A stretch of DNA of 64,000 nt, from the NCBI RefSeq assembly GCF_009914755.1, contig NC_060935.1; one strand, written 5' to 3'. The number at the start of each line of letters is the position of its first letter. Position 1 is the stretch's first letter. The position numbers and the translations under genes were made by a program. The DNA is from the human T2T-CHM13v2.0 reference genome, Homo sapiens. Below are positions 1-31,051 of the stretch, in pieces. A model generated the notes under the pieces. That model ran no database searches. It saw only the letters and a list, made by a program, of their open reading frames with translations, and was not told where the DNA came from.

Positions 1-40
1 CCTCCCAGGTTCAAGCAATTCTCCCACCTCAGCCTCCTGA

Positions 41-1315
<1,275 letters not shown>

Positions 1316-1344
1316 CCTGGCTTTTTGATTCAGTTTCTCCTTAA

Positions 1345-1692
<348 letters not shown>

Positions 1693-3307
1693 TGATCCCC
1701 CTGCCTCGGCCTCCCAAAATGCTGGGATTACAGGCATGAGCCACCGCACCCGGCCTGTTTTGTTTTGTTTTTGCTCCCATACGTCTGCACATGCAGCTAC
1801 CTGTTTCTGGAATGTCATTCCTTCCCCTCTATAGCTATCTGTGAACTTTAATTCTCAAGTCTCAAATGCCACATGTAGTAAGCTTCTCCTGACTGTACTC
1901 TTACCTCTGTCCTCGGTGGGTCAGGCTGATATGGATTTTCATGCCTTCAATGCAGCAGTAGATCTGGCCTTGGTCCCAGTGGAATTATCACTAAATTGGG
2001 ATTTTTCATAGAATGCTGGGCTCAGCTGAAACTCCAGTTTGTAATGTCTGAGAAGTCTTTCAAAGTTAGTCCTGTCACCCAGTTCTTATCATTAAAAGAT
2101 CATATTTTGCTGCTTTTGTACCTTGAGCAAACCACCCAACCCCAAGGCATCAGAGGCCTTTGTCCTCTTTGGCATCAGAACTCTATTATTATTATTCTCC
2201 TTTTTCCTGTTTGTCACTCTCACCCCTCCCATTTGGATAGGCTATCATGATTATGCCATGCTTTCACAGCTGTTATTATTTTATTCATTCTTCATAATAA
2301 CCCTGTGAGGCAGAGAGGGGTGTTGTTTTTGCCAGTTGAGGAGCCTGCAATGTCACCTGACTCTGAAGACATGAGACAGGCCTAACTTCCTCAGGCTCTG
2401 GTTAAATCCTGGGGCTAGCTTATGAGACTTACTGTGGAACCAGAAATGACCTTTCCTCCTCAAGAAATGGCAGTAATGAAGATGCTATCAGCTACTGCTG
2501 AACCCAGTGACCAGGGGGACCCAGTGGCCAGGGGCTGGATACCACTATCACATCTGCCAACTTTAGTCACAGACATTCAACATTTCTGCTTCCTGTTGCC
2601 AGATAGTGTCCACTGATTACAGGGTATTTCAGGGTATTTGTGGGGAAGATAAGAGCTCTACTGAACTAACTGACAGGCCTGTTGCTCCTGGCTTAATAGA
2701 CTCAGATACCAACCAATTCCCTTCTCTCATCTCAGCACTCTTCCCAGTGTTCACCACACTCTAGACCTGCTGGCCTTCACTTGGGTTTCTTGACTAAACC
2801 ATTCTCCTTTCAGGCTGATCCTTCTGTCTGGAAGGCTCTTCCCCCATTTTTTTTGCCCAGTTAACTGCAACTCATCCATCAGGATCCAGACTCATTGACA
2901 TTTTCTCATTTGAAGCCTTCCCTGATCCCAACAGACCAGCAAGTTCACCAGTGTATCCTCTCATATCAACCCCTACTTTTCCTGTGTAGCACTTAGCAGG
3001 ATAACTCTTAGAAAGCAATGACTAAGTGTCAGCCATGACTGAGCTAGCCCTAAATAAAAGAACACAGTCCATGCAGCCAGAACAAATTTAAAAATATTCC
3101 GCATACTTTATTTGTACATTTTGAACACTATAGAAACATTTAGTTTCCCATGAGACTTCTTAGAATTCCCCCTTCATCCCTTTCCCATCCAATGTTTTCA
3201 CATACTGTAGCAGCGCTTTTTTTTTTTTTCAACGACTGTCCCTTCCCTGCAAAAAACTCTGCAATGTGGTCCTCTTTCCTTCTTCCTTTCTTCTTAATTC
3301 TCCACTG

Positions 3308-3340
3308 AAACAAAACAAAACAAAACAAAACAAAACAAAA
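3308..3340. repeat. (AAAAC)n microsatellite
   Basis: Read directly. Confidence 0.9.
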
Positions 3341-3479
3341 AGCTGGTCTGGCAAGGCAGGACCCTCCTTGGAAAGCAGGGGAGGGGAAGAATCTGAATAG
3401 GCCAAGACAGAATCTTCTCTGGTGGACAGGAGAAGGAAACATTTTCTTGGGGACATTATCGTGTTACTGCTGCTTGGTT

Positions 3480-4345
3480 ATCTAATGTTACATAACCATC
3501 CTTTCCAAAACTTAGTGCCATAAAACAACTACTGTTTTTTTGTTTTTGTTTTTGAGATGGAATCTCGCTCTGTCTCCCAGGCTGGAGTGCAGTGACGTAA
3601 TCTCGGGTCGCTGCAATCACCGCCTCCCAGGTTCAAGGAATTCTCTGCCTCAGCCTCCCAAGTAGCTGGGATTACAGGTGCCTGCCACCACTCCCAGCTA
3701 ATTTTTGTATTTTTAGTAAAGACAGGGTTTCACCATCTTGGCCAGGCTGGTCTTGAACTCCTGACCTTGTGATCCACCTGCCTCGGCCTCCCAAAGTGTT
3801 GGGATTACAGGCGTGAGCCACGGCGCCCGGCCCTACTATTTTATTGTACTCATGATCCAGAGGGTTGGAGTTTGGGCAGGGCAGAGCAGGAATGGCTTGT
3901 CTTTGCTTCCCAGTGTTGGAGGTCTCAGCTGGGTTGGCTCAAATGGCTGGAGATGGCAAGAACATATGACATTGTCATATGTCTGGGGCTTCGGTTTTGC
4001 TCCATGTAGCGTCTACTGGGTCTAGAATGTCCCAGGTAGCTCCTTTCCTCCTTTCCTAACATATCTTATTTGTGGGCTTGTGTGGCTGAAACAGCTGGGG
4101 GTTGGCCAGCATTATTCTCTCTCTCCATGCAGCCTTTCCATGTGGCTTTAGCTTCTTACAGTATGGAAGGAAGTTTCCAAGAGGGAGCAACCCAAGAGTG
4201 AAAATTCCAAGAAATCCAGGTGAAAAGTTATACGGTTTTTTACAACCTAGCTTTAGAAGTCCCTGTTCTGCCACATTCTATTGCTCAAACAAGTCAGGAA
4301 GTTTACCCATATTCCAGAGGAGGGGAATTAGACTTCCTTGACGTG
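3480..4345. mobile_element. Old MaLR LTR (MLT1-like) interrupted by an Alu
   Basis: Motifs ccaaaacttagtg...aaacaac and gggcagggcagagcaggaatggcttgtct resemble old MLT1 LTRs as I recall them. Confidence 0.55.
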
Positions 4346-4529
4346 TGTCTATAGGAAGGAATAGAATGAACAGCACAGGCTACCACAATTCATGCCCCTT
4401 TCATGGTATTGGCTTGAAGTCCAGGATCTCATATAAATTAGGGTCAGGTGTGAATGAGGCTCCTTGTTTGCAATCTTCTCTTGATCAGAAGAGCCACAAA
4501 CTAGAGACAAGTTATTTGTGTCTCTTGCC

Positions 4530-5538
<1,009 letters not shown>

Positions 5539-5611
5539 TGAACAACATGTAATGGTGATATAAAGACAGCAAAATTATAGCAAATACTCCCATTGAAAAA
5601 GGTGAAGGAAG

Positions 5612-6260
<649 letters not shown>

Positions 6261-6676
6261 AAAAGGTGGAGGGAGGAAGAATGAGAGGCACATAAGCAGT
6301 TACTGGCTCATAGCAATTCTGAAATCCATCCAGGCACATATTTCTAGTTCCTTGACTAAGGCCTAGTCCTGCTCCAAGGGAGTTTTTCTCTGTGATTCTT
6401 GGCTCTTCCCTTTGGACTCTTGGTTCTGCATTTAGCTTTGCTTCCTTTTCCATAAAAAATAACCTGTGTTTGCAAATAAGTTGCCTTTTCAGCCTGCTTC
6501 CTCTCTATATAAAGTTGGGTGCCATAAGGTCTCTTTTCATTTTGAACTATCTGTTCTTTTCAGTTCAAGTTCATGGTGCTTCTACCAATATAATTCTCTG
6601 AAAAACATTGTGAGTTTTCTATTAATAGCATTGAGGTTCACTCTATTAGACAAAAGCCACACTCTAAAGTCTTTTA

Positions 6677-9345
<2,669 letters not shown>

Positions 9346-10251
9346 AACACATGCTTTTCATTGTTGCAGTGTCTAACTTCACCAGTTTTATTATCAGTTA
9401 TGGGCTGATCAGGGAAGTGGCCACCACTATGGAATACAGGCTTTATTCTGAGAATTGGATACAATACAGTTGCAGGAGAAGCTAGGGAAGAAAAGGTCTG
9501 AAAGGAGATGGCTGGACAATCAGAAAAGTCACTAACCAGAGATCACAAAGGAAAGCTGACGAATGAGTACATGGAAGGCTGTTCCCTCTGCATCCAGCAA
9601 TGGGCCTGAAGTTTATGATAGGTCATCAGGGCTAGCAATCAGGAAGAAAAGTTGGATTGCATTGAGGGAGAGTGAGGACAAACTAGAATCCACAGGACAA
9701 ACTGGAACCCACGAAGACAAAATGGAACTCACAGCTATCTTTCACATTGACGAGCATGCGATATGTAGCATAAGCTAATGCCTTTACCATGGAACTACAC
9801 GTGCCTTGCGCCAAGGCTTGGAGACACTGAAATAGAAAATTTGGTGGGAGTTGAAGGAGCTGTGGGCCAGTTAATGCTCTGTACCAACAAAGTATGTTAG
9901 CAGATCAGTAACCACTCTATGATCTGCAGCGGCATGTGATATTTACATCAACCTTCAGAACACAAGGGCTGCTGCTTCCAAATCTTACATAAATCTTACC
10001 TGCTCCTTCCAAACTTACACGAAATTCTTCTGTAGTGAATCCTATCCTGGATCCACATTGGGAACGGACATTTGAGGAACTAGATTTCAACTTACCTAAT
10101 TGACACAGTACAAACATCAGTGACTGTCAGATACCATGATGCTGATGCTGTGTCTTATACATACTACCCTCTCATTTAAACTTCATACCAGTCTTGCAAA
10201 ATAGATCTCATCTGGAAAGACCTCATCAAAAAAATAAAAATTAAAAAAAGA

Positions 10252-10547
10252 GGCCGGGTGCGGTGGCTGACGCCTGTAATCCCAGCACTTTGAGAGGCCG
10301 AGGCAGGGTGGATCACGAGGTCAGGAGTTCAAGACCAGCCTGGCCAAGATGCTGAAACCCCATCTCTACTAAATATACAAAAATTAGCTGGGCATGGTGG
10401 CACGCGCTTGTAATCCCAGCTATTTCAGAGGCTGAGGCAGGAGAATTGCTTAAACCCAGGTGCCAGAGATTGCAGTGAGCCAAGATCAAGCCACTGCGCT
10501 CCAGCCTGGGTGACAGCAAGACTTCGTCTCAAAAAAAAAAAAAAAAA
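10252..10547 (+). mobile_element. AluS (Sg-like) directly fused to the RPL21 retrocopy
   Basis: GGCCGGGTGCGGTGGCT start, full dimer, A17 tail abutting the RPL21 5' end. Confidence 0.93.
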
Positions 10548-10548
10548 G

Positions 10549-11129
<581 letters not shown>

Positions 11130-11255
11130 TTAAAAAAAGAAAAAAGAAGTGTTGCAAAATAAATATTAGCATTCTCATTTTACATATGAGGAAATGAAGC
11201 CTTATATTTACTCATAGATGAGTCAATGGGGAAGCCCGGATTCTTCCCGACATCT

Positions 11256-11770
11256 GTGTGGTAGCCATCTTCCAAGATGACCCCCATGATTCTTGCCCAT
11301 TGGTACTCATATCCTTTTGTAGTTTCCCTCCCAAATCAAATAGATTTGACCTGAGCAATCAGTAGAGCATTGCAGAAATGATGGTGAATGACTTTTGATG
11401 GTGGATCGTAAGAGACATTGCAACTTCCATCTTTCTCTTTCTTGAATCAATTGAAAGCCAGCTGACGTGTTGTAAGGATACTCAAGCAGCCTGAGGACAG
11501 GCCCATATACAGAGGAACTGAGGCCTTCTGTAAACGACCCATCCATGTGAGTGAACCACCTTGGAAATAGATTTTCCAGCATCAGCCTAGCCTTCAAATG
11601 ACTACAGCCCTATATTTTACTGCAACCTCCTGAGACACCTCAAACCAGAACTATAGAGCTAAGTGGCTTCTAAATTCCTGACTTACAGAAAATATGAAAT
11701 AATGTTTACTATAGTTTTAAGCTGCTAAATTTTGGGTTAATTGGTTACACAGCATTAGATTAATATAATC
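11256..11770 (+). mobile_element. MLT1F/H-like MaLR LTR
   Basis: tgtggtag..ccaagatgaccccca start; ttttaagctgctaaattttggg..aattggttacacagca..agat end. Confidence 0.7.
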
Positions 11771-11821
11771 TGTTAGATTCTGAAGCACAACTCTTTACTT
11801 TTCTTTCTTTCTTATTTTCAA

Positions 11822-13534
<1,713 letters not shown>

Positions 13535-14194
13535 TTAGTAAAATGGGTGGAGTGATTTGGAATTGGCCCAGATCTCCTATTCTGCAAGCAGAGAAACACT
13601 ACAGAGAGGTATTACCCAGGTCAAACCCCTCCTAAGATGTGAATTGAACAACAGCTAGGCGTTAGGAAGAAAATGCTGCCTGACCCTGACTTCTAAACTC
13701 CCCTTAAACGTCGTCGCTGTGTCCCTAGAACCCAAGATAGAGTATGCATGAATAAACTTTTGCGAAATGAACCAACAAACTTCCCTCGAGGTCCTTCCTG
13801 CCTCCCCGCCGCCCTGCATCTCCCCGACTTGGGACTGCGCTATCATTTCAGTCCTGGTCTGGGGACTTTTCGGGGTCTTCTCTGGCCTTCTCAGACAGTG
13901 ACTCCGTTCCCAGGACAGGACCAGGGATCCCTTTTTCACTGCGGGGCGCTGGGAGGAGGCGGGTAGGCTGCTCACCTAATCTCTCGGGTTTTTCCTCAAG
14001 ACGCGGTCATTTGTGTGAGGTGTTGTACTCGAGCACCCAAAATGGCCCGAACTGGTCTGGGAAACATTAGGGAGATGTGTTTACCGTCCTGGCTGACACT
14101 GAAGGCCAAGCATTCTTGCCACCAGGCGTGGCTTGACTCGCAGAACCCACACTCTGGCGGCTGTGGGCGCGGCACCGGACCGGCGCCGGCAGCA

Positions 14195-14226
14195 GGGCGG
14201 GGCCTGGCGGGGGCGGGGCCTGGCGG
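14195..14226 (+). promoter_or_regulatory. Tandem GC boxes (Sp/KLF sites), G-quadruplex-capable
   Basis: Perfect 2x16-bp repeat GGGCGGGGCCTGGCGG about 110-140 bp upstream of the ATG. A further GGGCGGGGCGGG lies at ~14527 in intron 1. Confidence 0.75.
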
Positions 14227-14332
14227 GTCAGGTGACTGCGCGGCGGGCTGTGGCTGCGGAGGTTGAGGGGCGTCCGAGGCGCGGAGGGGCTGGCTGGGCA
14301 GGAGGGGTTGGCGGGGCAGCAGGGCCGCGGCC

Positions 14333-14431
14333 ATGGGGAGCTTGAAGGAGGAGCTGCTCAAAGCCATCTGGCACGCCTTCACCGCACTCGACCAGGACCA
14401 CAGCGGCAAGGTCTCCAAGTCCCAGCTCAAG
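14333..14431 (+). CDS. SWAP70: SWAP70 coding exon 1 (aa 1-33, N-terminal EF-hand-like region)
   Basis: ATG at 14333 in strong Kozak context (GCGGCCATGG). Translates [33 protein letters not shown], which I recognise as the SWAP70 N-terminus. Ends at donor AAG|GTGGGC, phase 0. Confidence 0.97.
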
Positions 14432-15544
14432 GTGGGCGCCTCCTGACCCGGCCCCCCACCCGACCCTCCCCGGCGCGCTCTGTACTTCCCTTGGGTGGAA
14501 GCGGGACCTGGCGGGCCGTGACCGCAGGGCGGGGCGGGTCGGAATGCGCCCGGTAGGCCCGCTTGGGGCGGAGTGGGTCTGAGACCGGGATTTGGTGTTT
14601 ACTGCCTCCCCCTTGCCTTCGGGCCATGCCCTCGGTTGGATGTGTTAGTTCCCGCGGGTCTCCCAGGGACTGGGAAGGGTGGCGGGCATAAGGCTGGGGT
14701 GAAGTCTGGAGGGCCAAGTGTGATTCCTTCTTGGCGTTGGAGAGCGGGGGGCAGAAAGTGGATTCTGAGGCGGCAATGGGAAGCTCCCTTACACAGCCTT
14801 CCCAGAATTTTCCTCTTACTCCAGGAGAGGAAGGGACTTGCCCAAGGTCGCTGGGCAGAACCTTCTGCAGCCCACAGCCCCACACCAGGACAGTCCTCAA
14901 AACGGCTAGCTGCCCCGGAGGCGACAGGGCAGTCCGGAGACGCAGAAATGCCCCGAAGCCCGGCCTCCAGGGTCCTTCTCCTTTGGGAGGCTTTTTGACT
15001 TGGGAAGACCTTCCGCCCAGCGTCTTTTAAGTTTGGAACTAGTGGACGGGGTGTACTGTGTCCCACAGGGACCTTAGTTCCGGGTGAGGAGCGCTGATCT
15101 TTCTGGCACCCTGCAAAAGCGACTGCTTTTTCAGAGTCGTTATTGTGACTGCCGGAGACCCTAGAGTATAGGGTATAAATAAAGGGATGCTTGTAAATTG
15201 AGTAACCCCAAGCAGCGAAATTGGCATTAAGCCAGCAGAAATTGGCAGCTTCTTCAAAGTAAAAAAATATAGAAACAGACAAGAAAAGCTATTCATAGGC
15301 ATTTAAAAATATACATATTTTAGATCCGAATGTCCGGTTTTCTTAGCCCCTTCTGGGAATAAATTCTGAAGATTGGGTTTGTTTTGTATATTTTTGTACA
15401 GTAATGCCGTTCTTCTGAGTAGTGGCTTTTATGCCAGTAGGACTTAACATTCTCCTTGTCTTCCTTTTGCCTCTCCTTTCTTTTTCTCACTGATAGAATC
15501 ATAGTCTGGAAGGGTCCATGGAGATCATCCACGTAATTTTTATT

Positions 15545-21206
<5,662 letters not shown>

Positions 21207-21219
21207 TATTATTGTTTTT

Positions 21220-22310
21220 TATATATACAAATATAAATATAAATATATATAAATATATAAATATAAAAATATATATAAATATATTTATAAATATAAATAT
21301 AAAAATATATAAAATATATTTATAAATATAAATGTAAAAATATATAAAATATATTTATAAATATAAATATAAAAATATATAAAATATATTTATAAATATA
21401 AATATAAAAATATATAAAATATATTTATAAATATAAATATAAAAATATATAAATATATTTAAAAATATAAATATATAAATAAAATAAAATAAAAATAAAA
21501 ATATATAAATATATATAAATATATAAAAATATATTTATAAATATATATATAAATATATAAAATATATTTATAAATATATATAAATATATAAAAGTATATT
21601 TATAAATATATATATAAATATATATAAATATATATATAAATATATAAATATATAGAAATATATAGAAATATATAAATATATTTCTATATAAATATATAAA
21701 TATTTCTATATAAATATATTTCTATATAAATATATAAATAGAAATATATAAATATATTTCTATGTATACATAGAAATATATAAATATATTTCTATGTATA
21801 CATAGAAATATATAAATATATTTCTATGTATACATAGAAATATAAATATAAAATATATTTATAAATATAAATATATAAATATATAATATAAATATATTAT
21901 ATATTTATAAATATATATAAATATAAATATATAAATATATAATATAATAATATATAATATATAAAATAAATAAATTATATTTATAATTTAAATATAATTT
22001 TAATTTAATTTAATTATTAAATATAATAATTATAATATAATTATATTTTATAATATATTTTATAATATATAATATATTTTATATGTTATATATTTTTCTA
22101 TATTTTATATAATATATAAAATATATATTTTAATAATATATATTTTAATAATATATTTTATATAATATATTTTATAGTATAAAATATATAATTAAATAAT
22201 AATTTAAATATAATTATAATATAATATAATTTAAATGTAATTTAAATATAATTTAAAATAATATTTATAAATAATATATTTAAATATATATATACATATA
22301 TGTGTGTGTC

Positions 22311-22339
<29 letters not shown>
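21220..22339. repeat. AT-rich low-complexity island with nested minisatellites, ending in (TA)n
   Basis: ~1.1 kb of almost only A/T. ~35-bp subrepeat at ~21260-21460, 32-bp palindromic unit x3 at 21750-21844, pure (TA)n at ~22315-22338. Confidence 0.95.
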
Positions 22340-22362
<23 letters not shown>

Positions 22363-22504
22363 TGTAAAGTAATCAGGTTGGTTCTTCCTTTCCATGTCCC
22401 ATAAACTTCATATTTCTTCTCTAAAGATAAATTATGAAAAGCTTGGAATATTGACATCATCTTTGGAATAAATGTATTTTTTACTTATTTTAAAAAATTT
22501 ATTT

Positions 22505-25421
<2,917 letters not shown>

Positions 25422-25474
25422 AAAGAAAAAGAAGGAAAGAAACAGAGAGGGAGCGAGAGAGAGACAGAGGGAGC

Positions 25475-25552
<78 letters not shown>

Positions 25553-25597
25553 GGAGGAGGGAGGGACAGAGGGAGGGAAAGGGAGAAAGGGAGAAAG
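25422..25597. repeat. Polypurine (GA)n tract grown from an Alu tail
   Basis: ~175 bp of near-pure purine with long (GA)n runs, directly after an Alu 3' end. Confidence 0.92.
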
Positions 25598-26515
25598 ACC
25601 TCTTATGGCTTACATAAACTACAATAGAAACAGATGTTTGCTGGTTGTCTAGTCACAGTAATGTTTTCTTGTTAAAACAACTGTTTTATATTTTATATAT
25701 ATTATATATATTTATAGCCATAAATAAGGTCATTGCAGGTCAGTAGGTTTTCTCGAATCTTTAAGCCCTCCTCCGCACACCACCCCTCTCCCCAAAAAGG
25801 GAACCACTTCTGTCTGCTTCCCTTTCCTTACCTTGATTTTTTTTCTCCTTCCTTCTCCTGCATTCCCTGTAATCTCACTGGGCATCTTCCTGGCAATCTG
25901 TGCGCCTTCTACCGGGGAGCTCTGTCTCTCTGGCTCCAGTTGTAACTTGACTGGCTCCCCACCTGAGTTGAGAGTACATAGGCCTTTATCTCTGCACCCA
26001 TCCTGTGCACGTTCATAGAAGTCATCAGCTCTGTTAACTTGATTTGCAATTGGATTGTTAAATACAACTGATTGTCATGTTGATTTGGTGTTACTTGGTT
26101 TTTCAGGCTGAACTAACCAGGAACACTAAGTGATTGTTTTGAGCTTTTTCTTAAGCAAAGATTTACTTGCTTTTCAGCAGCTGAAGTAGATAGCAATAGG
26201 CTAATAGTGGGGAAACAGACTTCCAGAAACACATTTTCTACTTGCTTTTAAACTTGTATTCATGAATAGTCCTTTCTTAGAACAAACCGTATAGTTTAAG
26301 ACTGTATTATCTGTTTTGATTGCAATTTTAGTATATTCTGTGTTAACTGATGGTAGACTGAAAACTGTATTGAGAGAGATGGAAAGGGGTTTTCTTTATA
26401 GGAAGGTGCTAGGTGCACATAGGTAGCTGAGTAAATGTAGTTGAATTCAACGTTAGACATTTTTTCCACCATTTTTTCCCCTTGGTTTGGTTTTGGTGCT
26501 CTTCTTTTGTTTGTA

Positions 26516-27166
<651 letters not shown>

Positions 27167-29752
27167 TATTTCTCTCTTTTTTTTTTTTAATGAGAGCTAT
27201 TCGTATGTGGATTCTATACTCTCTAATAATAATAAACCTTATTAATGTGGCACCTGAAACAGACATTGTTACTTTTAAATTATGGTATAAATTTGCAGAA
27301 GTCATAATGGAAATAGGAATAGGGCATCTTATTTGAAGTAGAAGCAATAATTATTTCTCTTCTACTGGTGCTAACAATTTTTTTAAAAAATTATTTAGAA
27401 TTTCAGTGGTTTTGCTGAAAGATGCTAAATCTCCAGTGTTACTTAGAAATACAGTACATACAATTCTAAGAAAAAAGGTTATTATTTAAACATGTATATT
27501 AAAAAGAAGCTTTTTTAATATCTCATATAGACACATATAAATTTTATAAAATTCTAAAGGGTATTTACAAAAATGAAAAGTAAGTTTCCCTTAACCCTTG
27601 GCCCATATTAGTCCCCTGTCCTGGAGGTAACCATTATTTGTAGCTTCTTCTGTTCCTTTGAGAGATCAAAATGAAGCTTAAAATTAATACCCTTATTGTT
27701 TAGTAAATGTTTTCCTCTTAAATATAGCAAAATCTAGTGATATTTTTTGCAACCTCTGTTATAGCTTTACTTTGCAGTTATGGTTGCAGGGTGAATTACA
27801 TGTCAGCACTGGAAATGTCTTGAAATGAACTCATTGTCTGTGCATTTTTATCCTGTTGTTTTTAGAAATACAGCTTTAAAAAAATTTATTGTACCTTTTT
27901 GAAATAAAAGAATTTACAACTCTGGTGTAGATCTAAATGAAAAAAATTTTGATGAACAACATGGATAGTTTAAATCTTTAGTATTTTCTCAATGATAGAT
28001 TTTCAACTAAAATCTTTTTTTAGTTTTTTTATCTTTTGCCTCACAATTGGTTTGGATATCTTACGAATCATACCATGTTTTCTGTTCCCATACAGACATT
28101 TAGCCTAAAAAAATTTTACTTGCTAGTTACAAAGGTAATTCAGCCAGGCCATTGGTAAGTTGAAAATATAAAGGAAGCAAATTATGAGACAGGGTTTTTA
28201 TTTGTGGAACACAATATACAAATGTAGTTAATTCTTTTGTGAACTTGGCATGTATAGTATTCCCTTCCTAATCTTTTGTGTTGTGTTTCTGCTAACCTCT
28301 ATGGTAAAAGGTTCTATTGAGGAACAAAAACAATCAATTTTTAAAATGGGGTTGGGGATCAGAGTCTTGAGTGAGCCTATTAAAGTGCTGGGATTACAGG
28401 CATGAGCCACTGCACCCAGCCTAAAGTCTTTGTAAATATTTTTTATGTAGATATCACCAAAATAAAATAGTAAGGGCAGCTCTCTAAATAAAGAGAAAAT
28501 TACACATTTAGATATCTTAAAATAGGATAATGAATGTTGGATTATTTCTAGTTTCTATTCCTTACTTGCTAGAAACTTTTCAGTGAGATAACTTGGACAT
28601 TTTTATGTTTTTTTTTTTTTTTGGGAAATACATGTACTTTTATCGAAAATAACATGTAAACTCTGAGGTGCTTTTTTTTTTTTTTTTTTTTTGGTATTTG
28701 ACCTTCCATCTTAATAGTACATTTCTGATCTTAGGACTCAGAGTTCTTAACCTCTCTGATCTCCATTTTGTATTTCCTTTGGGGTCTCATCACAGTCCCA
28801 GAGGTACATAGTAACAAAGCTAGAGACAGAAGAGGCTTTAGGCGACCTTCTCCCAGGTACTCAGCATGCCATCACTCAATAGGTATTTCTCATTCCTTCC
28901 CACCGTGAGGGTTATAGAACCTTAGTCCCATCAGTGGTGATTATTAGCACATTAGCACTCTCACTCGCTTCCTTAGTCCCTCTTAGGCATGTCCTTGTTC
29001 CCCTCCCACAACACAAGCCTAAGGTAGATCCTTGCCTCAGCTTCCTTTTTCTTCCCCAAGACTGCGTTTCATGAAACTATTTTTCCTGCTCTACTTTCTG
29101 CTTCATTTCCTTCTTCTCATCCTACCTTCGTGTTCCTTTTCTTTAAACTCAAAATCTGTGTCTACTGGAAACTGCAGTTTTCAGCAGTTGAGGGAGAGAT
29201 ATTTAAATGGAAATCTGTGTGTATACTTGAATTTCATATAAGGAGATCTTGCGGTTAAGGAGAGATTTCTGCAATATTAGAAACACTAATTTTTTTGATC
29301 TTAAGACTCTTCTGTTTTCTGTACCTTTTGCTTCTTTAGGAATAATTAGCTTTACAACATTTGATTTGAAGGAGGAGAATGGTGTTATGTGGGCATGGTG
29401 TATCAGCCAGAAGTGACGCTAGTTAGGATGAAAGTTGTTCTGGTCATATGGACAGTGTTGGAAGGTATTACATTCCACTCTACAGACAGCTCTGGAAGGA
29501 TGGGGCATGTCAGCCTTGGCAGGCAGCACATCTCCATCAATTCTTTCAGTTCCTAGGGTGATGGATACTCAGCTAGCTGGCTGTTTTCCTGAAATTTAGC
29601 CTTCTAACTGAACCTTGTAGCTTGATGAGCAACTGACTCCAGTCTCAGTGATCGTCTTCAGTGATGATTTGAGAAACACTGTTAGGTAATAGGACAGCAG
29701 ACAATTAGTAGATCAGACTACATTGGAATTCTGAGGTCCTTTACCTGGGTGA

Positions 29753-29920
<168 letters not shown>

Positions 29921-30399
29921 TGAGTAGCTGGGACTACAGGTGCCCGCCACCACGCCTGGCAAATTTTTTTGTATTTTCAGTAGAGACAGGGTTTCACCAT
30001 GTTAGCCAGGATGGTCTTGATCTCCTGACCTTGTGATCTGCCTGCCTCAGCCTTCCAGAGTGCTGGGATTACAGGCATGAGCCACTGCACGCGGCCTGCT
30101 TTTTATATTTTAAGATTATAATAGAGCTCACAACCTTTATATGTGACAGCAGAAATTCTTTCTTATTTTCTACCAAACAATGATGTTGAAGAAAACTAAT
30201 GTATAAAACATTATATGAATTTGAAGGTTTCAGGCTACTGAACACTTTTTGTTAGGCACCCTGGGAAGAAAAAAACATGCAGCCTTGTCCCTTAAGTTGA
30301 GGATTGTGTGATGTAGTCAAGAAGATAATACATGAAATGACCACAATGACGCAATATATAAACAAGTTCTAGAGTGTGTAGAAGATGACCACTCTAAGC

Positions 30400-30970
<571 letters not shown>

Positions 30971-31051
30971 AAATAGAGAAAAGGATATAGACAGTTGCAG
31001 ACAAAGTTTCATGAAGGAGATAGTACTTCAGCTGTTTCTTGAGAGAATGGC

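Larger units (their letters stand above)
13700..15160 (+). promoter_or_regulatory. SWAP70: CpG-island, TATA-less promoter and 5' UTR of SWAP70
   Basis: Sharp rise in GC and CpG content relative to the flanks, spanning exon 1; multiple GGGCGG boxes; no obvious TATA box. Boundaries approximate. Confidence 0.88.

Noticed and set aside
9385-10110. Possible ancient LTR
   Set aside because: Resemblance too weak to name a family or set boundaries.
13655-15282. Overlapping 70-227-aa ORFs on both strands in the CpG island
   Set aside because: Expected from GC-rich, stop-poor sequence; no recognisable homology.
21763-21770. TGTATACA core shared between the AT-island palindromes and the 55-57 kb VNTR
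   Set aside because: An 8-bp match readily generated from TA/CA-rich sequence; no longer homology links the two arrays.
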